A stretch of DNA of 64,000 nt from Chlamydiae bacterium RIFCSPLOWO2_12_FULL_45_20 (GTDB taxonomy: Bacteria; Chlamydiota; Chlamydiia; Chlamydiales; SM23-39): contig MGMD01000001.1 in NCBI GenBank assembly GCA_001796285.1, positions 10,143 to 74,142 on the forward strand, written 5' to 3'. The position numbers and the translations under genes were made by a program. Shown in pieces: positions 55,278 to 63,738 of this stretch; positions within the stretch are counted from its first letter, which is position 1; each line of letters starts with the position of its first letter. Below the pieces are notes generated by a model. The model saw only the letters and a program-made list of their open reading frames with translations, made no database searches and had not been told where the DNA came from.

Positions 55278-55826
55278 TTAACTAGAAGTTTTTAAATAGG
55301 CCCTGACAATTTTAATCGGTTCTACGGGGCGATCTCCAGGGAGCGTGGAAGAGCGTTCGATTTTCTGAATGATCTCGTAACCCTTGGTCACTTCGCCAAA
55401 AATGGTATGCCGCATGTTGAGCCATGGGGTTAAAGCTGTAGTAATAAAAAACTGACTTCCATTCGTGTTCGGTCCACGGTTAGCCATTGCTAAGAGCCCC
55501 GGTTTATCAAATTTTACATCAGCTGTGCACTCATCTGCAAAGGGCTTTCCCCAGAGGGACTCGCCGCCGGTACCCGTACCTTTTGGATCCCCTCCTTGAA
55601 TCATAAAATTCTTAATAACCCTGTGAAAAACGATCCCATCGTAATAATTTTTGGCCACGAGTCCAAGAAAATTCTCGCAAGCTTTTGGGGCGACGTCTGG
55701 TTTTAAAGTAATCTCAAAATTTCCCATGCTTGTTTCAAAGATAACAATTGGGTTTTTCATGCTTGTCTCCTGGGCTGCGATAAATGTTGGAAGAATAGCC
55801 AGAAGGCAAAAGAAAAGTTTCCTCAT
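55278..55826 (-). CDS. ppiA: cyclophilin-type peptidyl-prolyl cis-trans isomerase, secreted
   Basis: Signal MRKLFFCLLAILPTFIAA, then FHRVIKNFMIQGGDP, LAMANRGPNTNGSQFFIT and FGEV. Confidence 0.9.
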   Translation of the reverse strand: MRKLFFCLLAILPTFIAAQETSMKNPIVIFETSMGNFEITLKPDVAPKACENFLGLVAKNYYDGIVFHRVIKNFMIQGGDPKGTGTGGESLWGKPFADECTADVKFDKPGLLAMANRGPNTNGSQFFITTALTPWLNMRHTIFGEVTKGYEIIQKIERSSTLPGDRPVEPIKIVRAYLKTSS

Positions 55827-55895
55827 ACATTTTCTCCTAGTTTCAAAACGAGATGAGATGGTGCCAAAAATTCCTTTTTATGCAAAGGTCATAAA

Positions 55896-56891
55896 ATGGA
55901 GATGATGATCCTTCTTGTTGTTATCTTGGGACTGGTCTTTGATTATACCAACGGTTTTCACGATGCGGCAAATGTAGTTTCCACGGTCATTGCCACAAAA
56001 GTTCTTGCGCCTATTTCCGCCATTGTATTGGCGGGAGTCCTCAATTTTATTGGAGCGACCCAAATTAGCGGTGTGGCGCAAACCGTTGCCTCAGGCCTGG
56101 TCGAAGCACAAAACACCAACATATTGGTCGTCCTTGCCGCTGTCATTGGAGCGATTTTTTGGAATCTTATTACCTGGCGTTTTGGAATCCCCAGCAGTTC
56201 ATCGTATGCCTTGATTGGGGGGTTGATTGGTTCAGCGTGGACCTATCAAGGAGCAGACATCATTATTTGGAAAGGGCTGATTGGCAAAGTCATTCTTCCC
56301 ATGGTTTTTACGCCCATTCTTGGGTTTATCATAGCCCATCTTTCGATGAAGGTGCTCTATGCCTACCTCGCCAATAAAGGGCACGGCCATGGAAAAGGTA
56401 TATTTCGGCATCTTCAAATTGGATCTGCCTGTATGATCGCTCTTTCTCATGGACTCAACGATGCTCAAAAGAGCATGGGGATTATCACTCTCGGCCTTTT
56501 TTCTGGAGGATATCTCTCCACCACACAGATCCCTTTTTGGGTCATTGTGGCCTGCGCTCTTGTGATGGGCTTAGGTACGGCAACTGGCGGCTTTCGGATT
56601 ATTCGGACGATGGCGTTTTCGATTACGAAAATCGAGCCAGCTCAAGGATTTGCCGCCGAGCTGTCCGCTTCCCTTGTGATTCTTGTTGCAAGCTTTATGG
56701 GAATGCCTGTGAGCTCCACGCAAATGATCGCGGGGAGCATTACGGGGGTAGGATCTGCGAAAAGCTTAAAAGCTGTACAGTGGAAAGTGCCCCAGAAATT
56801 TATCTACGTTTGGCTGCTAACCCTTCCCTGTGCAGCGCTGATGGGCAGCTTGGCCTATATGATCGTCTCCCGAGTCGGCAAAAGCTCTTGA
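55896..56891 (+). CDS. inorganic phosphate transporter, PiT family
   Basis: NGFHDAANVVSTVIAT in the first half and HGLNDAQKSMGII in the second are the duplicated PHO4/PiT signature. Confidence 0.88.
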   Translation: MEMMILLVVILGLVFDYTNGFHDAANVVSTVIATKVLAPISAIVLAGVLNFIGATQISGVAQTVASGLVEAQNTNILVVLAAVIGAIFWNLITWRFGIPSSSSYALIGGLIGSAWTYQGADIIIWKGLIGKVILPMVFTPILGFIIAHLSMKVLYAYLANKGHGHGKGIFRHLQIGSACMIALSHGLNDAQKSMGIITLGLFSGGYLSTTQIPFWVIVACALVMGLGTATGGFRIIRTMAFSITKIEPAQGFAAELSASLVILVASFMGMPVSSTQMIAGSITGVGSAKSLKAVQWKVPQKFIYVWLLTLPCAALMGSLAYMIVSRVGKSS

Positions 56892-56944
56892 AAAGAATCG
56901 CCTTCTTTGGCACCTTGTCCTAGCAAAAGACTCTTCTATCTCTT

Positions 56945-58636
56945 ATGAGAAAAAATCGAACTTTTGTCCCGAAATCTTGGGACTTCGTGTTTCGCCACTA
57001 CCAATGGTCATATCTTAAAAATGACTTGTTTGCAGGCATTACGGTCGGATTAGTCGCGCTGCCCCTCGCTATGGCCTTTGCCATTGCATCAGGGGCTCCT
57101 CCCGAAAGAGGTCTTTATACAGCCATTATTGCAGGTTTTCTCATTTCTCTATTAGGGGGAAGTCGGTATCAGATTGGCGGCCCTACAGGGGCCTTCGTCG
57201 TCATTATCTTTAGCATTATCCAAAGACACGGCTATGACGGTTTGGTATTCACTACGCTTGCGGCCTCTATTCTGCTTCTGATTGCCGCTTTTACCAAGTT
57301 AGGCGATTGGATCAAGTATATTCCTTACCCTTTAGTGACTGGCTTTACTACGGGAATCGCCGTTATTATCTTTTCATCGCAGGTGAAAGACTTTCTTGGG
57401 CTGAACATCGCCTACATGCCAGCCGATTTTATTCCCAAGTGGGCGGCCATACTTTCCTCTTTTTCTACGATCAATTACGCAGCTTTTGGCGTAGCTTCCG
57501 GAACGCTCATTCTCATCCTCCTCATTCGAAGGTTTACTCCTTTTCTTCCCTGGGGAATCACGTCTGTTGTCATTGCGACCTTCGCAACGTGGTTTTTTGA
57601 CTTACCTGTCGAGACCATCTATTCGAAGTTTGGTGAGCTAAAAAGAGCTTTCCCAACGCTCTCCTTACCCTCTTTTTCCTTCCATGCTAATGATTGGAGA
57701 TCGTTCGTGATGGACTCGTTTACCATCGCCTTTTTGGCTGGAGTCGAGTCGCTTCTTTCCGCAGTGGTTGCTGATGGGATGGGCGGGACTAAGCACAAAT
57801 CGAACTGCGAGCTCATGGCGCAAGGCATCGCGAACATTGCCGCCGTCTCTTTTGGGGGGCTCCCTGCGACGGGAGCTATAGCAAGAACAGCGACGAACGT
57901 GAAATCGGGAGCTAAAACTCCTCTTTCTGGAATGATCCATGCACTGACCCTGGTTTTGATTCTCCTCTTTTGTGCGCCGCTAGTCAGTCAAATTTCGCTG
58001 GCTTGTTTATCTGCAGTACTCGTGATGATTGCTTGGAACATGAGTGAAGTCAGCCATTTTCGCCGACTTTTCAAAGCCCCCATTGGGGACATTTCGGTCC
58101 TCTTGACAACCTTTTTGCTGACAGTTCTTGTCGATCTGACTGTAGCTGTAGCGATCGGCATGATCCTCGCGGCCTTTTTATTTATGAAAAGGGTCGGGGA
58201 CATTTCCGCTGTCATATCGCTATCTTCATTGCAAAAACAAGACACAACAGATGAGGAGACTTATGATCTCGATGCAATCGAGAGGAAAGAAGTTCCTCCA
58301 CATACGGAAGTCTATGAAATCGCGGGGCCGTTTTTCTTTGGTGTTGCAGACAGTTTAAAAAATATTCTTACCAATCTCGAACAGCCCCCAAAGGTCTTCA
58401 TCCTGAGGCTGAGAAAAGTCCCTGTTATTGATGCAAGTGGAATGCATGCTTTAATGGATTTTTACCTCAAATGCAAAAGGCAGGGAACCCTCCTTCTTCT
58501 CTCAGGAGTCAGCATAACCTTGATGGGGGCTCTTGAGAAATTCGGGATTGTCCAGCATATTGGCAAACACAACGTTTTCACTCATATCGACCACGCCCTC
58601 CATTTTGCTAGACAATTCCTAAATAGGTGCACGTGA
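56945..58636 (+). CDS. SulP-family anion transporter with C-terminal STAS domain
   Basis: DLFAGITVGLVALPLAMAFAIASG, the GAIARTATNVKSGAKT loop, and a C-terminal VYEIAGPFFFGVAD...ILRLRKVPVIDASG STAS domain. Confidence 0.88.
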   Translation: MRKNRTFVPKSWDFVFRHYQWSYLKNDLFAGITVGLVALPLAMAFAIASGAPPERGLYTAIIAGFLISLLGGSRYQIGGPTGAFVVIIFSIIQRHGYDGLVFTTLAASILLLIAAFTKLGDWIKYIPYPLVTGFTTGIAVIIFSSQVKDFLGLNIAYMPADFIPKWAAILSSFSTINYAAFGVASGTLILILLIRRFTPFLPWGITSVVIATFATWFFDLPVETIYSKFGELKRAFPTLSLPSFSFHANDWRSFVMDSFTIAFLAGVESLLSAVVADGMGGTKHKSNCELMAQGIANIAAVSFGGLPATGAIARTATNVKSGAKTPLSGMIHALTLVLILLFCAPLVSQISLACLSAVLVMIAWNMSEVSHFRRLFKAPIGDISVLLTTFLLTVLVDLTVAVAIGMILAAFLFMKRVGDISAVISLSSLQKQDTTDEETYDLDAIERKEVPPHTEVYEIAGPFFFGVADSLKNILTNLEQPPKVFILRLRKVPVIDASGMHALMDFYLKCKRQGTLLLLSGVSITLMGALEKFGIVQHIGKHNVFTHIDHALHFARQFLNRCT

Positions 58637-58784
58637 GACCTCTTGAATCCTGTCCAGGATAGCAAAAAAAAACACCACAAACTACTGAAAATAAATCGAT
58701 TGAATAATAATACGCGTATTCAAATGTTATTTAAATAAAAGCGGCCTTTGTTTATAATAATAACAAAACAAAAAAATACAACAA

Positions 58785-59063
58785 ATGAATAGCTTAAACC
58801 ACATACAAACAGTAATAATTAGTAGAGATTGTAGAATTTTTTATATAATTGAAAGCACAGAAAAACAACAACGAAACAATATCCAAAAAATCATATCTAA
58901 TCTACAAAAAGTTATAAAAAACAACTCCACATACGGAGGTCTCTTACCTCACTACAAACAGCTGAATAAGGAACAATTAAACAGTATCGTTCACGATCTG
59001 CAAAAAGCCCTTGCTATTCCAGACCATTCTGAAACTGAAATGACCGTATTGCGAAAAAAGTAA
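58785..59063 (+). CDS. small hypothetical protein (weak call)
   Basis: 92-aa ORF in AT-rich DNA. Its last ~15 codons lie in direct repeat 1, and the same reading frame is preserved in repeat 2. Confidence 0.3.
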   Translation: MNSLNHIQTVIISRDCRIFYIIESTEKQQRNNIQKIISNLQKVIKNNSTYGGLLPHYKQLNKEQLNSIVHDLQKALAIPDHSETEMTVLRKK

Positions 59064-59084
59064 TGCGAATCACTTAGGATATTA
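59018..59084 (+). repeat. direct repeat 1 flanking the RhuM islet
   Basis: tccagaccattctgaaactgaaatgaccgtattgcgaaaaaagtaatgcgaatcacttaggatatta recurs at 61266..61334 with one substitution and a 2-nt indel. Confidence 0.9.
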
Positions 59085-59199
59085 GACAAAGAGTACCACT
59101 TTAAGCAAGCAACGTGGCATGAAGAATGAAAAAAGGGGGTAAGTATGATCAGCGGACAAGGGTTCTTTTCCGCGGGGTCTATAATATTCTAGAGAAAAA

Positions 59200-59784
59200 T
59201 TACCATTCATTCCTCTTGCCTGGAACTCCTCCTCCTAGATGCCTTGTTGCATAAGGCTGGAAACAAGGGGCAAGCAATTCTTTCCCATAGGCGCAACGCT
59301 CGAAGGTAGCGTATAATTTTCTTCCATTATCAGGTAGGATTAGCCCGTATAAAGCTGACAATTCTAAACCTATATAAATGATTGGTGAGAAAGCTATACG
59401 TAGCAAATCCTTGCCAAAGGACCAGCTTTTTTCACTGAGCGAATAGTGGTCTGATGAAGAGTGCCAAAAGTGTGCAAAAGAAACAATTTTGGCAATTCGA
59501 TTTGCCAAGTTAAGTACAAGACCAATTGCATGGAGAATCGGTGTAGCTGCCACTAGTCCTAGACATTTTAATCGCGTGATATATGGATTGTCTTCCCAAT
59601 ACTGATCACCATTACTTAAATCGACACCACTTTCAAAGCTTGTATAGGGGAGAAAGTGAGAAAAAGAGACTGGACGATTATGTCGCTCATTGCAGTCATT
59701 CTTGACAACCTCACCAAACTGCTCACCTATATGTCGAGTTGCCGCTGGTAAAAAGTCAGTAAAAATAAAACGAATTGTTGACAT
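59200..59784 (-). CDS. hypothetical membrane protein (two hydrophobic hairpin-like segments)
   Basis: 194-aa ORF with CLGLVAATPILHAIGLVLNLA and IAFSPIIYIGLELSALYGLIL. No family recognised. It lies inside the repeat-bounded islet. Confidence 0.45.
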   Translation of the reverse strand: MSTIRFIFTDFLPAATRHIGEQFGEVVKNDCNERHNRPVSFSHFLPYTSFESGVDLSNGDQYWEDNPYITRLKCLGLVAATPILHAIGLVLNLANRIAKIVSFAHFWHSSSDHYSLSEKSWSFGKDLLRIAFSPIIYIGLELSALYGLILPDNGRKLYATFERCAYGKELLAPCFQPYATRHLGGGVPGKRNEW

Positions 59785-60121
59785 GCTCTTCCTTTTCTCT
59801 CTTTTCCGCGAGTTATTTTATCATGGTTACGCAAGATCTATTGTTATTCGTGGAGTGGAATTTATTTTTTTACTCTCTCTCAATGCGTTCATTATAAGGT
59901 ATATAGATGTAATTTCTAAAATCAGATGGTCATGCTGTGCTGTGAGAAACAGGCTTGTAAAAACTTGAGTAGTACATTTTTTACTTAATAGCCTTGCAAT
60001 GCAGCTGTGCCATTTATGATTTGGGTAGCTTCCCAGAGCTTACGATCAATTTTTGCTTTTCAGGCCCATTTTTCTGACGTCAGGAAAATGGTCATTCCCT
60101 TGTAAAAAGTCCTAGCCTCTT

Positions 60122-61132
60122 TTAATCTGTAGGAGCTTCGCTTCGCTTGGCTTTTTCTCGGATCGCCTCAAGAAGAGCAATATCTTCCTCATCAGCGCGC
60201 AGTCTCTCTTCTTTATGATTAAATTCCGAATAGCGCTCAAGAGAGAGTTTTTCTGCTACTTGTGCGGATATTTTACCTGCGTGATTTAAGAGATCTTTCT
60301 CGTTAAAGCTAAGAAACATGTCCAGTTTTTCTTCCCATTCTCTCATTGTTATCGTCTTCCGACGTTTTGCTTGTAACTCCGCATAATCCAAATACATGAC
60401 AACGATTTGATTTAGCTCTTCCAGCTCTGCTTGAGTAAGGTAATTTTTAGCGATAGTCACGTCTTGTTGACGCACACGACTTCCTTCCCAACTTGTCAAG
60501 CCCATATTAGGCAACTTTGGGTCTGCTCGCTCTATAATCAATTCGGCTGCTGTTTTATGGGTTGTAGCCCAGAGCATTTTATTCTGAACTTTTTTGAAAA
60601 ACAGTTGAGCTTGATCACTTTTAGCATCGTAATCGACCGCTGTTGCGTAAATATCTCGCACTTTCTGATAGAAACGCTTTTCGGAAGCTCGGATCTCTCG
60701 AATTCGAGCCAAGCACTCGTCAAAATAATCATTGCCCCCAGGCTGCTTCAAGCGCTCATCATCCATTACAAAACCCTTAACGAGGTATTCCTGGAGGTGA
60801 ATTGTTGCCCATTTCCGAAATTGCATACCGCGAGGAGAGCGAACGCGGTAGCCAATTGCAAGTATTACACTAAGATTGTAAAACTTGAGACTCCTCTGAA
60901 TCGTTCTTTTCCCTTCAGATTGAACTTGTAAGGATTCCTTACAAGTTGCGGCTTCATCCAGCTCATTGTCAGCGTAAATAGCTCGTAGATGTGTGGTTAT
61001 ATTTTGAGGAGTTGTCTGGAAGAGCTCAGCGATTTCAGCCTGGGTTAGCCAAACAGTGCCGTCTTGGGTCCTGAGTTGAATGGAAGCTGTCCCATCTTCT
61101 GTGGTGTATAGAACAATTTCTCCATTTGCCAT
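60122..61132 (-). CDS. rhuM: RhuM-family protein
   Basis: MANGEIVLYTTEDGTASIQLRTQDGTVWLTQAEIAELFQTTPQNITTHL...FYNLSVILAIGYRVRSPRGMQFRKWAT follows the RhuM family N-terminal pattern. Confidence 0.8.
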   Translation of the reverse strand: MANGEIVLYTTEDGTASIQLRTQDGTVWLTQAEIAELFQTTPQNITTHLRAIYADNELDEAATCKESLQVQSEGKRTIQRSLKFYNLSVILAIGYRVRSPRGMQFRKWATIHLQEYLVKGFVMDDERLKQPGGNDYFDECLARIREIRASEKRFYQKVRDIYATAVDYDAKSDQAQLFFKKVQNKMLWATTHKTAAELIIERADPKLPNMGLTSWEGSRVRQQDVTIAKNYLTQAELEELNQIVVMYLDYAELQAKRRKTITMREWEEKLDMFLSFNEKDLLNHAGKISAQVAEKLSLERYSEFNHKEERLRADEEDIALLEAIREKAKRSEAPTD

Positions 61133-61265
61133 GGTTTAGTACTCACATCTTGATAAAATTTTGAAAATAGCATAACTGAAGAGGCTAGTCGCTGCCAATC
61201 AAAAGTTGAGTCTGAATGCGTCCAGCCGCCTCCACCTCCAATGCTTTGTTCAATAGACTTGCCAC

Positions 61266-61334
61266 TCCAGACCATTCTGAAACTGAAATGACCGTATTGC
61301 GAAAAAAATAATGCGGGAATCACTTAGGATATTA
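61266..61334 (+). repeat. direct repeat 2 flanking the RhuM islet
   Basis: See 59018..59084. Its 3' end (taggatatta) coincides with the start of the duplicated gene fragment. Confidence 0.9.
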
Positions 61335-61493
61335 CAAACTCTTTCAGAACCCTCTGAAAAGAGCCGACGAACAATACATGCGCACCGTGCCAAGACTCGA
61401 ATATTCGCTTTGCCAGGAACTTATTCCTCTTCAAGTCTTTTTTAGACCCGGAAGCATACTATAAAGCCATTCGAAGACTTTGAAGCCGCCGCT
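61325..61493 (-). pseudogene. partial third copy (3' portion) of the tRNA-proximal small gene
   Basis: 61325..61439 aligns by eye with 61504..61619 (taggatattacaaactctttcag...caagtctt), and the following ~55 nt align with 61620..61670. There is no start codon of its own, and copy B reads into it. Confidence 0.65.
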
Positions 61494-61859
61494 GGAAGCG
61501 GGGTAGGATATTACAAACTCTTTCAGGACCGTCTGATCAAAGCGGACGAACAATACTTTCGCACCGTGCCAAGGCTTCAATATTTCCTTTACCACGGCCT
61601 CGCTCTGATTCAAGTCTTGTTCAGTCTCGAGACCATACCATAGATCCAATCGAAGACTTTGAGGCCGCTGAAAGCATCGAGCGAGATCTTCCAATATCGT
61701 TCCTAAATAGCCCTTTTTACCGGTAACGGTGATTGTTTGAAATATTCTCCCTCCGTATTGTCGGCATACCTCTTGGGGAATGCACTCCTCCATATTCTCA
61801 TTATTAAATATGATCGAGCCTCCAGATATTGTTACGCCTATAGGCAATACATTAGCCAT
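61431..61859 (-). CDS. small hypothetical protein, tandem copy B
   Basis: MANVLPIGVTISGGSIIFNNENMEECIPQEVCRQYGGRIFQTITVTGKK is highly similar to copy A. AGGAG lies 5 nt upstream of ATG 61859 (the track start at 61925 is a TTG). The C-terminal 24 aa derive from the adjoining duplicated fragment. Confidence 0.45.
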   Translation of the reverse strand: MANVLPIGVTISGGSIIFNNENMEECIPQEVCRQYGGRIFQTITVTGKKGYLGTILEDLARCFQRPQSLRLDLWYGLETEQDLNQSEAVVKEILKPWHGAKVLFVRFDQTVLKEFVISYPASSGGFKVFEWLYSMLPGLKKT

Positions 61860-61883
61860 TTTTTCTCCTTTAAAGGGGTTTGT

Positions 61884-61909
61884 CGAAAGAGGTAGGTGAA
61901 CCCCTACGG
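61884..61909 (-). pseudogene. decayed remnant of the tRNA-Ser 3' end (acceptor/T-arm)
   Basis: cgaaagaggtaggtgaacccctacgg compared with cggaagaggtaggattcgaacccacgg of the intact tRNA. It occupies the same position relative to the gene copy, and the tRNA 5'-flank sequence attataacRatacaaccattatttgg follows at 61928 as it does at 62600. Confidence 0.7.
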
Positions 61910-62027
61910 AATCATGACGACACAACGATTATAACGATACAACCATTATTTGGCAAGTGCTCATAAAGTTGAGCCGGAAGTATAATGGTACATATTGACC
62001 CCCTGACGCTTGTGGAAGAGACTTCTC

Positions 62028-62123
62028 TCAGGTGTTTTGGATCATCTTTTTGAAGTTTGCCCAGAAAACCTCAACTGGATTGGAATCTGGTGACTATGGG
62101 GAAAGAAAAAAAACCTTTACAAC
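62028..62123 (-). pseudogene. IS630/Tc1-mariner-family transposase C-terminal relic
   Basis: The reverse strand reads VVKVFFLSP*SPDSNPVEVFWANFKKMIQNT*, i.e. the LPPYSPDLNPIExxW motif with the Tyr codon mutated to TAG. Confidence 0.6.
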
Positions 62124-62480
62124 CTACCTAATTACAAAATTTTCCAGGATCTGCCGGTTGTTGCAGAGAAACAATACACACGCACCGCGCCAAGGCTGTA
62201 ATACTTGCTGTGCCACGGCCTTACTCTTATTCAAGTCCTCTGGAGTCTCGACACCATACCATAGATCCAATCGAAGACTTTGAGGCTGTTGAAAGTATTT
62301 AGCGAGATCGCTCAATATCGTTCCTAAATACATCTTTTTACCGGTAACGGTGATTGTTTGAAAGCTTCTTCCTCCGTATTGTTCGCATACCTCTTGGGGA
62401 ATGCACAGATCCATATTCTCATTATCAAATGTGATCGAGTTTCCAGATATTGTTACGCCTATAGGCAATACATTAGCCAT
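62124..62480 (-). CDS. small hypothetical protein, tandem copy A (adjacent to tRNA-Ser)
   Basis: 118-aa ORF with AGGAG 5 nt upstream of ATG 62480, which lies 24 nt from the tRNA 3' end. Its stop codon is in frame with the IS630-like relic. Confidence 0.45.
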   Translation of the reverse strand: MANVLPIGVTISGNSITFDNENMDLCIPQEVCEQYGGRSFQTITVTGKKMYLGTILSDLAKYFQQPQSLRLDLWYGVETPEDLNKSKAVAQQVLQPWRGACVLFLCNNRQILENFVIR

Positions 62481-62504
62481 TTTTGCTCCTTTAAAAGGGG
62501 TTGT

Positions 62505-62589
62505 CGGAAGAGGTAGGATTCGAACCCACGGACCCGTGAAGGTCTCCTGTTTTCAAGACAGGTGCAATCGGCCGCTCTGCCACTCTTCC
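62505..62589 (-). tRNA. tRNA-Ser (anticodon UGA), type II with long variable arm, no encoded CCA
   Basis: Reverse complement GGAAGAGTGGCAGAGCGGCCGATTGCACCTGTCTTGAAAACAGGAGACCTTCACGGGTCCGTGGGTTCGAATCCTACCTCTTCCG. Acceptor stem is 7 bp, the anticodon loop is CTTGAAA, and the GGTTCGAATCC T-loop is present. Confidence 0.93.
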
Positions 62590-62643
62590 AGAGCCAAAAA
62601 TTATAACAATACAACCATTATTTGGAAATCCATTCTTGCAAAA

Positions 62644-63729
62644 TCAAAATTGCGCAAGAAAACGGATATCATTTTCCGTAAAAAGACGAATATCTCGAAT
62701 GTCATAAAGCAACATGGTCAATCTTTCAATGCCCATCCCCCAAGCATAGCCTGAGTAGACTTCAGGATCAATCTTCCCCATCTTCAACACATTCGGATGC
62801 ACCATCCCAGCCCCTAACACCTCTAACCATCCTGTCTCTTTACAGATTCGGCAACCTTCCCCATCACAAGAAATGCACCGAACATCCACTTCCAGACCAG
62901 GCTCCACAAAAGGAAAATAGGAAGGACGATACCGAGTCTCCACCTTGCCACCCAGAAGTTTGCCCAAAAACTCGTCCATTGTTGCAAAAAGATCCCTAAA
63001 TGTCACGCCCTTGTCGATGTACACACCCTCAACCTGATGGAAAAACACATGGGAACGCGCTGAGATATCCTCATTGCGAAAACATCTACCAGGAGCAATG
63101 ATTCGAATCGGAGGAGCGTGTTTTTCCATTGCATGCACTTGGACGTTACTCGTATGTGTTCGCAAAAGTAAGTCAGCCATGATACCACGATTGGAACGGT
63201 CCTCAGAATCGTCGTTTTTTGCATCCCGTTCGGTATATAGATAAAATGTGTCTTGCGCATCACGCGCTGGATGATCGAGAGCAAAATTAAGCCCCCCAAA
63301 GTTGTAATAATCTGTGTCTACATCGGGGCCAAGTTGCACAGAAAATCCCATCCCCACCAAAATATCCACAATGCGATTCATGACTTGGGTGATTGGATGA
63401 AGTCTCCCCACCTTCCCCTTTCTCCCAGGAAGCGTAATGTCAATCCACTCGCCTTGAAGCCTTATGTTTTGCTCATCCCCCTTCATCCGAGCAAGGCTAT
63501 GGTCACAATGAGAAATCAGTTCCTCTTTGAGGTCATTGATCTCCTTGCCAAACTTCGGACGCTCGCTCGCATCTATGTTCTTTAACGAAACCATAAGAGC
63601 CTGAATCGGCCCTTTCTTGCCAAGATATTTGACCTTGAGATTCTCAACGTCTTTAGAATGAATGGCCTCTTTCAACTCTTCTAAGAACGCATTACGAAGC
63701 GCGCCCACTGATTGATGAAATGAAGCCAT
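62644..63729 (-). CDS. pheS: phenylalanine--tRNA ligase alpha subunit
   Basis: 361-aa ORF. HPITQVMNRIVDILVGMGF, LLRTHTSNVQV, FRNEDISARSHVFFHQVEG and GWLEVLGAGMVHPNVL are PheS class II motifs. Confidence 0.95.
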   Translation of the reverse strand: MASFHQSVGALRNAFLEELKEAIHSKDVENLKVKYLGKKGPIQALMVSLKNIDASERPKFGKEINDLKEELISHCDHSLARMKGDEQNIRLQGEWIDITLPGRKGKVGRLHPITQVMNRIVDILVGMGFSVQLGPDVDTDYYNFGGLNFALDHPARDAQDTFYLYTERDAKNDDSEDRSNRGIMADLLLRTHTSNVQVHAMEKHAPPIRIIAPGRCFRNEDISARSHVFFHQVEGVYIDKGVTFRDLFATMDEFLGKLLGGKVETRYRPSYFPFVEPGLEVDVRCISCDGEGCRICKETGWLEVLGAGMVHPNVLKMGKIDPEVYSGYAWGMGIERLTMLLYDIRDIRLFTENDIRFLAQF

Positions 63730-63738
63730 AGATCTACT

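Noticed and set aside
60431-60931. 166-aa plus-strand ORF inside rhuM, and similar antisense ORFs elsewhere (e.g. 841..1197, 2710..3012, 23788..24318, 40143..40493)
   Set aside because: These are shadow ORFs fully nested in stronger opposite-strand or other-frame genes that carry clear family motifs.
62032-62283. 83-aa plus-strand ORF between the duplicated small genes
   Set aside because: It runs antisense through the IS630-like relic and the 3' end of copy A. It has no RBS, and its sequence is explained by the opposite-strand features.
58637-62625. Intact prophage or integrative element with its own integrase next to tRNA-Ser
   Set aside because: No tyrosine or serine recombinase, phage structural or conjugation genes are recognisable. 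Only repeats, RhuM and a transposase relic remain, so I report it as a decayed islet.
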